Positions 35,072-46,884 of a stretch of 64,000 bases of DNA are shown here, in pieces. The stretch spans positions 1,240,001 through 1,304,000 of the forward strand of contig JAYWIR010000015.1 in the NCBI GenBank assembly GCA_036172245.1. The letters are read 5' to 3'. The translations under genes and the position numbers were made by a program. The notes beneath the pieces were generated by a model that made no database searches, was not told the origin of the DNA, and saw only the letters and a list, made by a program, of their open reading frames with translations. This DNA is from Raillietiella orientalis (taxonomy: Eukaryota). How positions within the stretch are numbered: the stretch's first letter is position 1; each line of letters opens with the position of its first letter.

Positions 35072-36329
35072 ATGAGTTCAAAAAGTATGCGAAAGCTGGA
35101 AACTTTAAAATCCTTAGAAGATACACACGAACACTACAAGTTTACGGACGACGAACTGAATCGAAGTCCGTCGGATACGCAGACAGCGCCAGGAAGCTCT
35201 TCCTTGGCAAAATTAAGAAAGCGTGACCTGGAGATCCCCATCCCGGATAAATTGCCTACAGAAACGGAATTAAGAGAATTTGATGATTTGTTGGAGAAAG
35301 CCAGAAATTTGCACACTACATTTTTGAAAGAGGCCTCCAACACTTATAAATATGCTAATGGACACGACCAGAGTTGGCCTTATGAAGTTTCAGTAAGCCA
35401 CAGGAAACTTTTTCCTAATCTCAAAATTAATGAGAAACCCAGCAATCAAAGATTTCAGTCAATAAGGAATTTTTTACGCACATGTATGGTTAAACTAAAT
35501 TCTGTTTTTTATAATATGAAGCCTAACACCAAAAACGAAAATGAGCGATCATCATCTAAAGAAATTGCTGATCTTGTAAACACGTTGAATCAAACTTTGG
35601 AAATCTGCAGCAGCCAGAATTATTTAGGTAAGCGACATCCAATATTACGTTCCAGTTTAGCTTTTTGTACTGACAGAAACAACCGATAGTTTCGATGAAG
35701 AAAGCGATGATGAGCGCATACAGAATTATAAACTAACATATGCTGAAGGAAGACGAATTTACCAGGAAAACAAAATACTTTTTCTCAGAAGAATGAAGAA
35801 TTTGAGGCTACAGTCTGAAAGAAACAAGAAAAGAAAAAGCACAGCAGACTTTCAATTATGCACGTGTTTTTATCGAAAACGATTCAGAAGAATTTATCTA
35901 CGGACAGTAAAGCGTGCGAAGGATATTCCTTATTTAGTATCTAAGAAAGGATACATATTTTACAAAGGACAACTATTAACTACACAGATACGTGTCTTTC
36001 AAATATACCCATTCAAAGATAATTCAAGAATAGTAAGAAGCATAAAAAAGGTATCTTTTGAAGATACTGTTAACCATATGGTTAAGGAATTCTCCAAACT
36101 GATGAGCTTCTATTTTGTTCGCTACATTAAAATTATTTCATTGTTAATGATCATATATGCTTTTCTGACAGAATATACGGACTTAACACCCTTGGATGAT
36201 ATTGGTTATGAACACATATATTTGAAATTTCTAAGTGATATACAAGAATTTAATTTTCCATACTGGAACCTCTGGGGCTATAGCAAGCATTCAGAAGATG
36301 ATTTCCAAAATTTAATCAAGATTCCCTGA
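35072..36329 (+). CDS. Unidentified protein-coding gene. Exon 35072-35627 joined to exon from 35677; 3' structure uncertain
   Basis: Two long ORFs (205 and 178 aa) in AT-rich DNA are joined in frame by a 49-nt GTAAGC...TGACAG intron (35628-35676), reading ..SQNYL-E-TTDSFDEESDDERIQNYKL..RRMKNLRLQ... No family recognised; further introns are possible. Confidence 0.7.
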
Positions 36330-38062
36330 ATATCGATATGAGTACTATAGAAAATGTTTGGAAGTTTCAATAAATCTTACCAATCCGATATAATTTGCCA
36401 AGTGTTTATGTTATTTTCAGAAATCTAACTTTGAGCTAAAACAGTGGATTGTGAATTTCAAGATTGAACAATCTGAAGATCAGTGAATATTTTGTTTGCT
36501 TGCAAATATCGAACATAGACCAAGGTATTATGGAGCTCTAAAAAAAGTTGGATGCAAATATTTTCTGAATCTTTTTCATTTAAATAATCAAAGACAAAAG
36601 GTGAATTTTAGATAAAAGGTTGACTTGATATGAAAAAACAAACTTTTCGAAAATCCTTATTACTTACTTTCGTGCATTCACATCTTTCTCTGATTTTTCT
36701 TACATTTCCCAGTTTGCATTGGAATTTTAAAAGCACAGTTGAAAGAACAGGTTTTCATTTGAGAATCTAATGGAAATCCTAGTTCATGAGACACAATCAG
36801 AAAGAAGGTGATTGAAAAATAAAATAAATGTGAGTACAATCAATGCTGCAATAATTTAAAGCATATTTCTTGAAAATTTAAATAATGACACAAAAGCAAC
36901 GCTGTGATTATTTGAAGTTTCGATCATCCATGCAATCGCGGCAAAGAGCATGAAATCATCCTCGAATTATCGCCTGTTGTACTATTCACCCCATTTTCTT
37001 GAGAGCCAAATACCAAAATGTTCCATTCCAATCTAACAAGGAATGGAATGTTATTTTCTTGCATATCCTGTTAAATGATTATTTAATTGTTGATTTTCGC
37101 CAACTGAAGTTACGTTCATTTAAATAATTAAAGGGGATAGGGTTCAGTGTTGTATCAACATTTCAACATTCTGCAAGTGAATGTCTTTTTCCTGGGCTCT
37201 TTGGTAATAATTGAAGTCCACAAGCAGAAAGAGAAAAATTGCAAATTTATTTGATTCAGATTTTTCCCGTAAGCCTTCTTCTTGGGAGGCTGTCGTGCGT
37301 TTCTGCATCAAGCGATAACAGTGAGCAATTGTGGTGTTTACAGTCTCATTTAGTTTTCGCCCTCCTCATTTGCATTTGTGCATTTTATTTGTGTTGCTGT
37401 TGTAGCTGGATTGTGAACGACTCCGTTGCAACATTGGCAATGTTTTTGTTTAATGGGGTTTCCAGTATCCCAGTTTTTCTTATTTCTTTCTCTTCTCATT
37501 GGCGTATTTTTGGTTTCCAAAATATGAATGAAAAATAAAAGCTAGTGAAGTATTACATTATAAATCCTTCAAATCACTCGCTCGCAAACTTATAAAGAAT
37601 AAATCACAGCATCCATTGACTATGCAGTAAATAAATTTATCCATGTGTTTGTAAACAACTGAGTCCTCAGCTTTCAACATATAATTGAAAAACTTTAGCC
37701 ATATAACCCGAATAAAAGTTAAATTCAGTGGATCCCATCCAACTAGGGTCGCCAGTACTTTCCAGTGACAGTAATGAGTTGATGGATTATGCTTGTACTT
37801 CAGTAATGAGTTCAAAAGATTCAGTGACCAATTTGGTAATGAATAGATCAGATAGCATGTGTTTCCCATTCAACTCTACTCTATTGTAGTGTTATTATAA
37901 ATAATGATCTCTGTGAAAAATTATTTTTGATAGATATCAGCATGGAATTACGTAGTCAATCTTTTAGGTAGTGTTGTGTATTCTGTCCGAATTTCAGTGT
38001 GATACCTGTATGTATGCATTGTGGTGTGGAGATGCATAAAAAGTTAGTATTAATCATTAAAC

Positions 38063-38727
38063 ATGAATGAGCATGGGGTAATTTGGGATGTAATTAAACT
38101 TTCTCCACCATATGCATTGGAGGTTAGTAAAAGAATCACAACATGCACATAAAGAGAATCCTACAGGTCAAATATGGTGCTTTAACTGTAAACCATGGAA
38201 ACATCTTAACACCCACTCAAGTGAAGAATTGTCCTTCAGAAGTCAGGTGGCCTTTTAAGAATGGAGTATTGTATTCATTATGCATGATAGGCAAGATATA
38301 TTATTATTTAGGTAAAACCAAGTAAATGGAAATTTTTCATAAAGATGCTGATGTGAGTGACCAAAGAATTGTTCATGGAGAATTTCTTCACTGGCTTGTG
38401 ATAAACATACCCGAAAATAACATAAGTTCGGGGGAAGTGCATTGTGAATACGTGGGACCTTGTCCAATAAATGCAACAGGTTTGTACACTTTTGTATCTC
38501 TTATTTATAGTGTAGGTCTGCATCATTATGTATTTATTGTGTATGAACAACCTGGGAAAATGACTTGTGATGAACCCATGTGTTTGAAACATCAGATAGG
38601 ATTCCGTGGAAGTTTTACAGTTGAATTCTTTGCAAAAAATTATGAATGCAGTATAATGGCTGGAAATTTTTTTAAGTGTGAGTGGGATGAGTATGTTCCC
38701 AAAGTGTGTGATCAGTTCATTGAGTAA
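38063..38727 (+). CDS. PEBP: Phosphatidylethanolamine-binding protein (PEBP/RKIP family), divergent, ~176 aa. Exons 38063-38122, 38167-38290, 38345-38479, 38516-38727
   Basis: MNEHGVIWDVI..LE|VKY..GNILTPTQVKN.P..YSLCMID..EFLHWLVINIP..EYVGPCP..TG|LHHYVFIVYEQ..R..F..AGNFFKCEWDEYVPK. Introns 44, 54 (GC donor, inferred) and 36 nt. AATAAA at 38872-38877. Confidence 0.92.
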
Positions 38728-41700
38728 GTGATTTATAGGTATGCATGAAATGCATATATTTTTTAGTGAATTAGGATAACAAGTTTGAGTTTCTTAGAAG
38801 ATCCTTTTACATGCTGTTGTCTAAAGAATTCAGAAAAATTGGAAGAGCTCTTGTGTAACTTTTTAATTATAAATAAAAAAAATTTTTTATTTGGTATTTC
38901 TTGGTTGAGTCAGATGTATTTCATTTGTTCATTCACAGCTTTTTGAATATCAAAATGTGGAACCTTGGTATTCATGGTGGTGCATTTGTATTCAGCAAAC
39001 TTGCTTGCAGGTGCAACAGCAAAATTGTACTCCATGTTGTACACTAGGAAACAAGCACAAAAGCGAAACACAGAACGGAACAGAAAAGGAAATGTGTTTG
39101 TGATATTTAATAGGATTCCCTTTTTTTGACAATTACGTGTTTTTAAGAACTTTATGTTTTTAAGATCACATCTGTGTAGTTACTGGTGACTAAGCAAATA
39201 ACAGAAATTGCATTTGTTAATATTAATCAGAAAAAAATGAAGTGTGTGAGAATGCTGGCACATGTAAATGAATAATCTTTGACCAATACCCCATAATACA
39301 CACACTGAATATGTCATTTTGACATTTTTATTTTCTTTATGTAATTTTTGGTATTATAAGCATTAAATGACTGAGTTTTTATGAGTTAATCATTTGCAGA
39401 CCTTTTAATAGTCAAAGAAAAAGGCAACATTATAAATGAAACAGCAAAAACAAGCACCTTAATATTCTGATGTTGAAATCCTTTTAGTCAAGTTTTAGGC
39501 CATATGCATCAACTGAGTGAATGAACATGAGTTCCAGGTGCTGTGCTCCGTGAACGAAGAAACGAAAAATTTATCGAAGAACATATGGATACAATTTTCG
39601 GTTAACAGTTTTCATGGTAAAACCTTTAAATGTAAGCAGAGTGAGCAAGTATATGGAAGATTGTCACTTGATAAATTCATACTTAAAAAAGTCCCTGTGA
39701 AGCCATATTTGTAGCAGCAAAGATGCATAAGCGACTTTTGCAAGACATTTTCTCAAATCATATAAATAATATTGGTGTAGTGCTTACTAAAGAAAAACTG
39801 AAAATACGGAAGATGCGAATAAATAGTAGATAAAATGTCTGTCAACGATTTTATACGTAATTGAAAAGTACTGAATGCTCCTTTCTCCAAGTTATTTTTT
39901 AAAAAAAAAAAAAAACTGCACGTCATGAACTTTAGCAGGAAACTTTCTTTCAGGATTCTCGAAAAGAATAATTAATTCATGGAGAACTGACACTGGATTC
40001 TTTTAGTAATTTACTATAGACAGCTCTCTTCAAACTATTTGAAAGTGCCGCGACTAGCTGGTAGGTCTTGAGTGCTGCAAATAAACGTTTTGTTGGTTTA
40101 AGTGTACCTTTGAAAAGTTTGTGTACAGGGGGATTGCAGGCTCGTTGTTTCGAAAGGAGTCCATAAAGAAGTTCAAAGTTGGACTCTAAAAGATTAGCTT
40201 AACATATAAAAGGTTGAAACAATCGCTCTTATTGAAAAACACGATTAATTGAAATGATTACGGTAAGGAATGATTCACACTATTATAGATCTTACAAAAT
40301 GCTAATTTATTTGCATGAGTGTCGCATTTCTGGGGGGCAGATCTCCCAATGAAAGTACAAGAAGATAAAGGATAGAGTCAAAAGATAGGGCACAGTCAAA
40401 GTAACTGCTGCATCTAGAATTCGGTTGTGCAATCATGAAAGATTTGAAGCAAACTTCAGTAGCAACATTGATGATGAAATGACTTCATGTTTGGATAAGC
40501 CATGTTAAAAAAATTAACATTCGAATCTTTATGAAGGCAGATCAGACAACTATTCAAAGGTTTATTCAGAAGAGTAAATGAAATGCAGTATCCAGGCAAG
40601 AACACGACAGAAGTGAAATAGGGAGCAAAGAAAATGGTACACCAACTCTGGTCTGTGGGGAAAAAAAATTGAAACATTTAATATCAATGACAGAAATTAT
40701 GAGTTGCTTTAGATTTTCGATGAAATATCGAAAAAATTTTGAATTTGACTGTATCGGCTCGATCCACTTCTGTCTCTTTAGCTGCTGCTTTTTCAGAAAT
40801 TGTTAAATTTCTCAAAGAATGATCGTTTTTTGGAAGTGGTTCAGAATCTTGTGTTTTCTGGCATGTCTTTTCTACATCATTCTTTGTAGTTATTATTCTG
40901 CTTCAACTGCGGAAGAATCCTGCGCCTCATCAAAGTCCATCCGAGTCTTCAGGCAGCAGGTGAGTCCTTCAAGACGCCTGCGTCGAGTGCAAAAGCTTTC
41001 CCAAAGCTTCATCAGAAAGTCCCAGAAATAAAAAACTGTATGTGCAGAATGAAAGAAACGAGTTTTTCGTATACAGATCACATGTTTAGGGTCCATCTGG
41101 CTCGGAAGTACCGACTCCGAGACTGAATACACAAAATATTTAGGTGTCCATTCGAGACAAAGCTACGTTGTACATCATTGATTTCCAAGATGAGCGGAGC
41201 TTAACAAACCACATTCTATCACGGGTGCGGGTAATGCTTATCATCAAAAAGTTTTCACTTCTATTTCTCTATTGAACGCCCCTCAAGCGGCGGTCCTGGA
41301 GTGTGTGTGTAAATCACTCTCTACAACTAAACGCGCTTGGAGGGAACTTGCATGAGTATACCACTGTGAACCCTAGAATCATTCCTGTTTTGAGCTCTTC
41401 CATTTGAAACAACTGGGAAGTCATTCTAAGGAAGAGTTCCACATCCACAAACTGTGTTTCTCTCGATGCTGTTGGAGAAATGGAACTGGAAGTCAAATGA
41501 TGACCTTCAATCACAGCGGACCGGCGCTTGGAGTATTCAATCCGAGTCCCTGTATCGCACACCCCCAGGCAGGAAGTTGCACGTCTGCACAAACTCCATT
41601 TGAATGGGTTTGAATGAAAAATTCACCCAATATTCTGTTAGTGCATTTACCCTCCTTGTAATAAGTTTTCTTGTGTGAATAGTATTTAAACAAATGTTTT

Positions 41701-44700
41701 AATTTAAAAGTGTGCAAGTTCGAAAAAACAAAGTGGCAGCATTCCAAATTGCAACGAAGAGTAGGAGCGTAGTTACTGTGTTGAGATACTGATCCGCGAC
41801 CAAAAGCCAAAACCGTACTGAAATTGAAGATATTCGCAAATTAATTAGAGTTTTCAACGAGAACAGCGAATAGAGTTTTCGGGCATGATTTCTGGAAACA
41901 CAGCTTCCAGTTTCTGGGTCTCCTTTATTTGATTCATCACTGCATCTGTTGAAAGCGTTAAGATCTAACGTTTCCAAGAAACCAATCTGAATATTAATAA
42001 ATCTTCCAAACTATACATGGGATGGCTGACTGAATATTATTTACAAAATCTTATTTGAAAGCAACCAAGTCATGTTTTGCTTACAAAGTTCCCCTTACAA
42101 ATCTGCTGATCATTTAGATGCAATTTTCTTTTTAAAATAATAGCTGGAATCATTAGGCGACCTTGAAAGCTCTCTCGAAAAGCGAAATCCTAGAAACGAA
42201 AATTCTCTCAAATAGGAGAAAATATGGAAACATGGTTACTTTGTCCAGGATGTGGTTGCGAACAGGGATACCGTGAGACTTTTGGCAAGATCGACGTAAT
42301 CTAGACAAAATTTTCAACCCAAAGAGACTTCAATTCTTAGTTTTTTTGATTTGAAATTTTTCTTTGATTTTTTTCAGCTTAGGGTTATATCGGAATAAAA
42401 ATGTGTCGATATCATCTAGAACGTTGGAAATTGAGTTACCGATCTAGGAAGCATGAATGAATTGCAGTTCCAATGTTTGGGAAGGATCAATAAACCGCCA
42501 AACTCATTCGAACATTAATGCCTTTGGGACTGGAAATCACCTCATCTTCGACTTCCAATACCCATGTTTGCTGTGTTCAAAACAGGTACATGTGACATCT
42601 TTGATGAATAACGTAAAGGATGGAAGGAGCCAACGACTTAATGGGAGCAGATCGATAAGTTACATATGAGAAATTGCCCCAACCGGTATGTAATATAAAA
42701 CGTCGCAAAGAATTTGATGATCAAGGGGAAAATGGTGTAAGGATGCATATTCATTTTCTACCCAGGACAGCAATTAGTTTTTCAAAGTGCACATGCACAA
42801 CTATTCAATAAACAATATTTCAGGATCACGAATGCTTAAAAGACAAAAAAAAGAGAACCGAATTTATATTATATTCTTCCTAACTGGAAAAATTTGAAAA
42901 TTTTTTTCTTTCACTCATTTCTTAGGCTTGATCTCTTAGGTACCCTCAGGTGAAATTCTTTTCAAGCGGTTAATTATTTGATTATTTCAGCTATGTAATT
43001 GATTTGTTTTTTTCCCTTAAACTCCTTTTGTTCAGTGTAATCGCAGATCTATTTACTAAACAACTCTTATTTGCATCCCGAATTTGGATTCCGAACTTAC
43101 CTCGAAATTTTCATTTTCCATTAATATTGTCTTTTTGATACAGAAATTGTTTTAGGCACATTTCAGATAATTCACAAAGTGCAATCGGAAGCAGAAACTT
43201 CCTCAGATGCCTGGCAAAGTTCAATTCTCGAATTCAATAGGAGTATTCATTTTATTCTTAATCATGCTCTTTTAAGCTAAAATTGTGTAAAGCAAATCTG
43301 GATGACTTGTTTGCTTTTTGAAGAGCACTTCTCAGTCTTTGAACCATCCGCAACCTTTAGAAGTGATTATCAGCTATTTGCTCTAAACTGAGATATGTCT
43401 GCAAGCCTTATGCAAATTTGCATCAGATTTCTGCTATTATTGCCTGTGATCTCTTAAGATTTTCAAGAGCTTGTTGAGGATAATGAATCAGCATCTGAAC
43501 TCGTATTTGCAGTGTTCTGTGTAGCTTTTTTTTTCTTCCTTTTTTAGAAATACAACGTTAGATAAAAAATACTAATTTCACAGGGTTGCGGAGCATTGAT
43601 ACTCTGACAGATACTGACATTTTTCACCTTCATATGGATGTTGAAACCAAGGCATCATAATTTCCGGAAAATGAGTTCCTGTTAAGAGATACATCTTACA
43701 ACATAGACTCGGCTTCGTCTTTCAACCATTTCAGTTTAGTCCCATCTTCATCTCTCTTTCACATCTTGCTTTTGTAGCAAGCAATCTAAAGTATAGCATT
43801 AGTACTTTATAACAGTAACAACAAACCAATTTAATCGCAATAAATGAGAACACAAGCCCTCCCTGTAAGGAGTCAAGGCGTTTGTTAATTATCTTTTGCT
43901 CGAGCATAAGTTTTATCATAAGGGTCAATTTGTGTTTCTTTGTCTGTGGTATTGTCCTGATGATTTATTTATGAGTAATTTTAAAAATATTTTTGTGAAC
44001 TTGTAAAAACTAGATATCCAAGCTTCAGTTTTCATGGTGTTTTCGAAGAAATATGTTTCCGTTGTTCCAGGTTTCTTTGTTTTGGGTTTGTGTGATGTTC
44101 CTAGCTGCTTGCACCATTTATGGTCACTCATTCATTTATCCATGAACGGTGCATGCCATCTAGTCCTTGTCTTCTACATGCAAAATAAGGTCATCCTTTT
44201 ACGGTCGAATGATATTACGGGCTCCTTACGTTAGAATTCTTTCTCCATGTCTTCCCAGTAAATAAAGTCAGCAGATTCGATCACTCGCTTCCTTGCTTCT
44301 TGTTAACAGGAAACATGATTTTCTCTTCATCATCGCTCGGTGGTCAAAACATCTTCACTTTCCCTGGAAGGAGTAAAGCAAGAGCAAAAGATCCAAGCAG
44401 CATCTGATTTAGCTGTCTTTGCTAATGTATATGTATATATATATTTTATTTGCATCGTCACATTATTGACTTTATTTGTGTTTGGGCACTCCTCAAAGCA
44501 ATGAAGCTCAATGTGGGGTTTTGCAGCTTTTGCTGGTTTTGGTCTAACTGCTGTGATTGAAGCCATATCGTTCTCTGGTTGCATGTTTTGCATTTCATGA
44601 TTATATGAGATCTTGTGGAAATTTCCCCATCTCCTTCGAGTTCTTCTCCTGCTTTCCTTTTCCCCGTTTAGCCATGAATCCCTATTTACCATTTCATTTC

Positions 44701-45697
44701 GTGCTCGCTGACGATTCCTCGATGTAAAATGCCCCCATTATCGAATGAGCACATGCCGGACTTAGTTTGCGCTGCATAAAATTGATTTCCCTCAATCTGT
44801 TAAAAAAAAAAGAAAGAAAGTCTTAGGCAACTCGCTGTGGCCTTCGTGATCCGTGCATAGTACACCCAGGATCCGAAATTCGAATTAACAAGACGAATCA
44901 CTCAAACACAGAAGCGGTTTTGTTTTTGCATGATTACTTGTTACTGTATTCTTATCATTTGTCAATTTTCCAATTACCGGTATTACTGATTTGTATTTTG
45001 ATTTGTGTCGATGGGTGTGTTGTACGTATGTGTTTTTTTCTAACGGTGGTGTGTACGGATTCACCCACGAACTAAGTTGATTGCTGCTCAGAGTAGCAGA
45101 GCGTCAATGCTCCCAAGCCTTTCCGTGGGCTGAAGTGCGAAAAAGAACTTTCCAGGAAATCCTTTCGTAGAAATGCCTTTTTTTGCACGGACGGTCACCG
45201 GGAGGAGATCTGCATTTTGTTACTTTTCGAACTGTTTCAAGTCGTTAGCCGCGTGGTTTGTGTTTTTCCATCGTGCACGAATGCAGACTTGGGGAGTGAT
45301 GCTGGAAACCTTGACTTTCAACATTGTAGGGTACACTGCAGTGTTGCATGCTTGTGTGAAGGAGCAAGAAGTATGCCTTGCTTGCAAAAGTTGTAGTTCA
45401 TTAAAGAGAATTGTAAACTTGCGTTGTAGCAATCACGGATGTAATTTTTTGAAACCCAGTTGTGATGCAACAGTTATATTTTTTCTTGATCTCTGTGTAA
45501 TCTTCCTTTGCATGTTGCCCATGTATGTTGCAAACTTTGAATTTCGTTGGAAATGAAAGTTTCATTTCAGGATCAAAAGAATCTTGTTCACCCATATGTA
45601 TTAGAAACTTAGTTTGGAATTCTAAATCACAAAACATTTGCATAAATTCATAGGTATAAACCCTTTTCCAATAGATTTGAGGCATTTTCCATTTGCA

Positions 45698-46120
45698 ATG
45701 CTTATCAAAGTTAAGGTAATTTCATGTGAATTATGTTTTTAACATCTCTTATTAAACAGCAATTAATTTTGTGGTAATTCTGGCCTTTCTTATCATTTTC
45801 AGACACTTACAGGGAAGGAGGTAATCAGCAGATAATTTTTCAGTGTTGATCTGGAGGTCATAATGTTTTTTTAGATTGAAATTGATATTGAACCTACAGA
45901 TAAAGTAGAACGCATCAAAGAACGTGTTGAAGAGAAAGAAGGAATCCCACCTCCACAGCAACGGCTGATTTTCTCTGGAAAACAAATGTATGAAAAATGT
46001 TGTTTTCTCCTGGTTTATCATCTTTCTAGGAATGATGAAAAAACTGCAGCTGATTATAAAGTCCAAGGAGGATCTGTACTACATTTAGTGTTAGCATTAC
46101 GTGGAGGAATACAGTTATAG
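45698..46120 (+). CDS. NEDD8: Ubiquitin-like protein NEDD8 precursor, 79 aa. Exons 45698-45715, 45803-45820, 45875-45987, 46030-46120
   Basis: [79 protein letters not shown]. Ala72 (LALRGG) distinguishes it from ubiquitin. Absent from the ORF track because of the small exons. Confidence 0.98.
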
Positions 46121-46172
46121 TGTTAAAAATACTGGAAACAATGAAATTTCAACACAATATTACTTGACATGT

Positions 46173-46184
46173 AATAAATTTATT
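46173..46184. promoter_or_regulatory. Back-to-back poly(A) signals for NEDD8 (+) and APRT (-)
   Basis: AATAAATTTATT is a perfect 12-bp palindrome giving AATAAA on both strands, inside the 82-nt gap between the two stop codons. Confidence 0.8.
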
Positions 46185-46202
46185 CAGTAAATATATTTCC
46201 TT

Positions 46203-46884
46203 CTATTCTTGCAGAAGAGACAGCAAGGGAACTGGACCAAGTTTGTCCCTACCTTTCAGTTCCATCAATTCAAGAACTACAAGACAAAGACCAATAGTTG
46301 CTCCACAATCTTTGATTATATTACAAGCTGCATTCATAGTGCCTGGAAAGTTTTGTTTTCAAAAGTTAATTCATCTGTCATGTACCTCCAGTAGCCAACA
46401 CATCGTCTACTATTAAGACAACTTGTCCTGCTTGTAGCACATTATCTTGAATTTCTACTGCATCCTGAGAAACTATGTTACTGTTTCTCCTGATATCATC
46501 TCACCTGTCCATATTCCAGTGAATACTCCAGTTTTTTGGTTGGACCTGGGAGCTTTCCAGGTTTTCGGATTGGTATAAGGGGTTTCTTCAGAATGTAGGC
46601 CAAACCAGATGCCATAATGAAGCCTCTTGCTTCTATAGAGGCTATAATGTCAAAATTGGGCAGTGTATTTTGGACTTCTTCAGCAAGCAGGTCAAACATA
46701 TCCGAGAGAAGTTCACTGTTTTGCAATGCAGAAAAAATATCCCTAATTTGGGTTTGAAGTCAATTCTAGGCTGGTGGATTCTTTCTTACCGAAATGTTAC
46801 ACCTGGTTTGGGAAAATCAGGATATGTCTTAATTGCTCTGCTTATATTTTCCAATCTTTTCCGCTTGTTAATTTTTTCAGACAT
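46203..46884 (-). CDS. APRT: Adenine phosphoribosyltransferase, 183 aa. Exons 46884-46790, 46742-46505, 46464-46386, 46342-46203
   Basis: YPDFPKPGVTFR|DI, IEARGF, IRKPGKLPG, YSLEYG, PRPP-binding motif VLIVDDVLATG|GTMNAA, VLELMELKGRDKL. GT-AG introns 47, 40, 43 nt. Confidence 0.98.
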
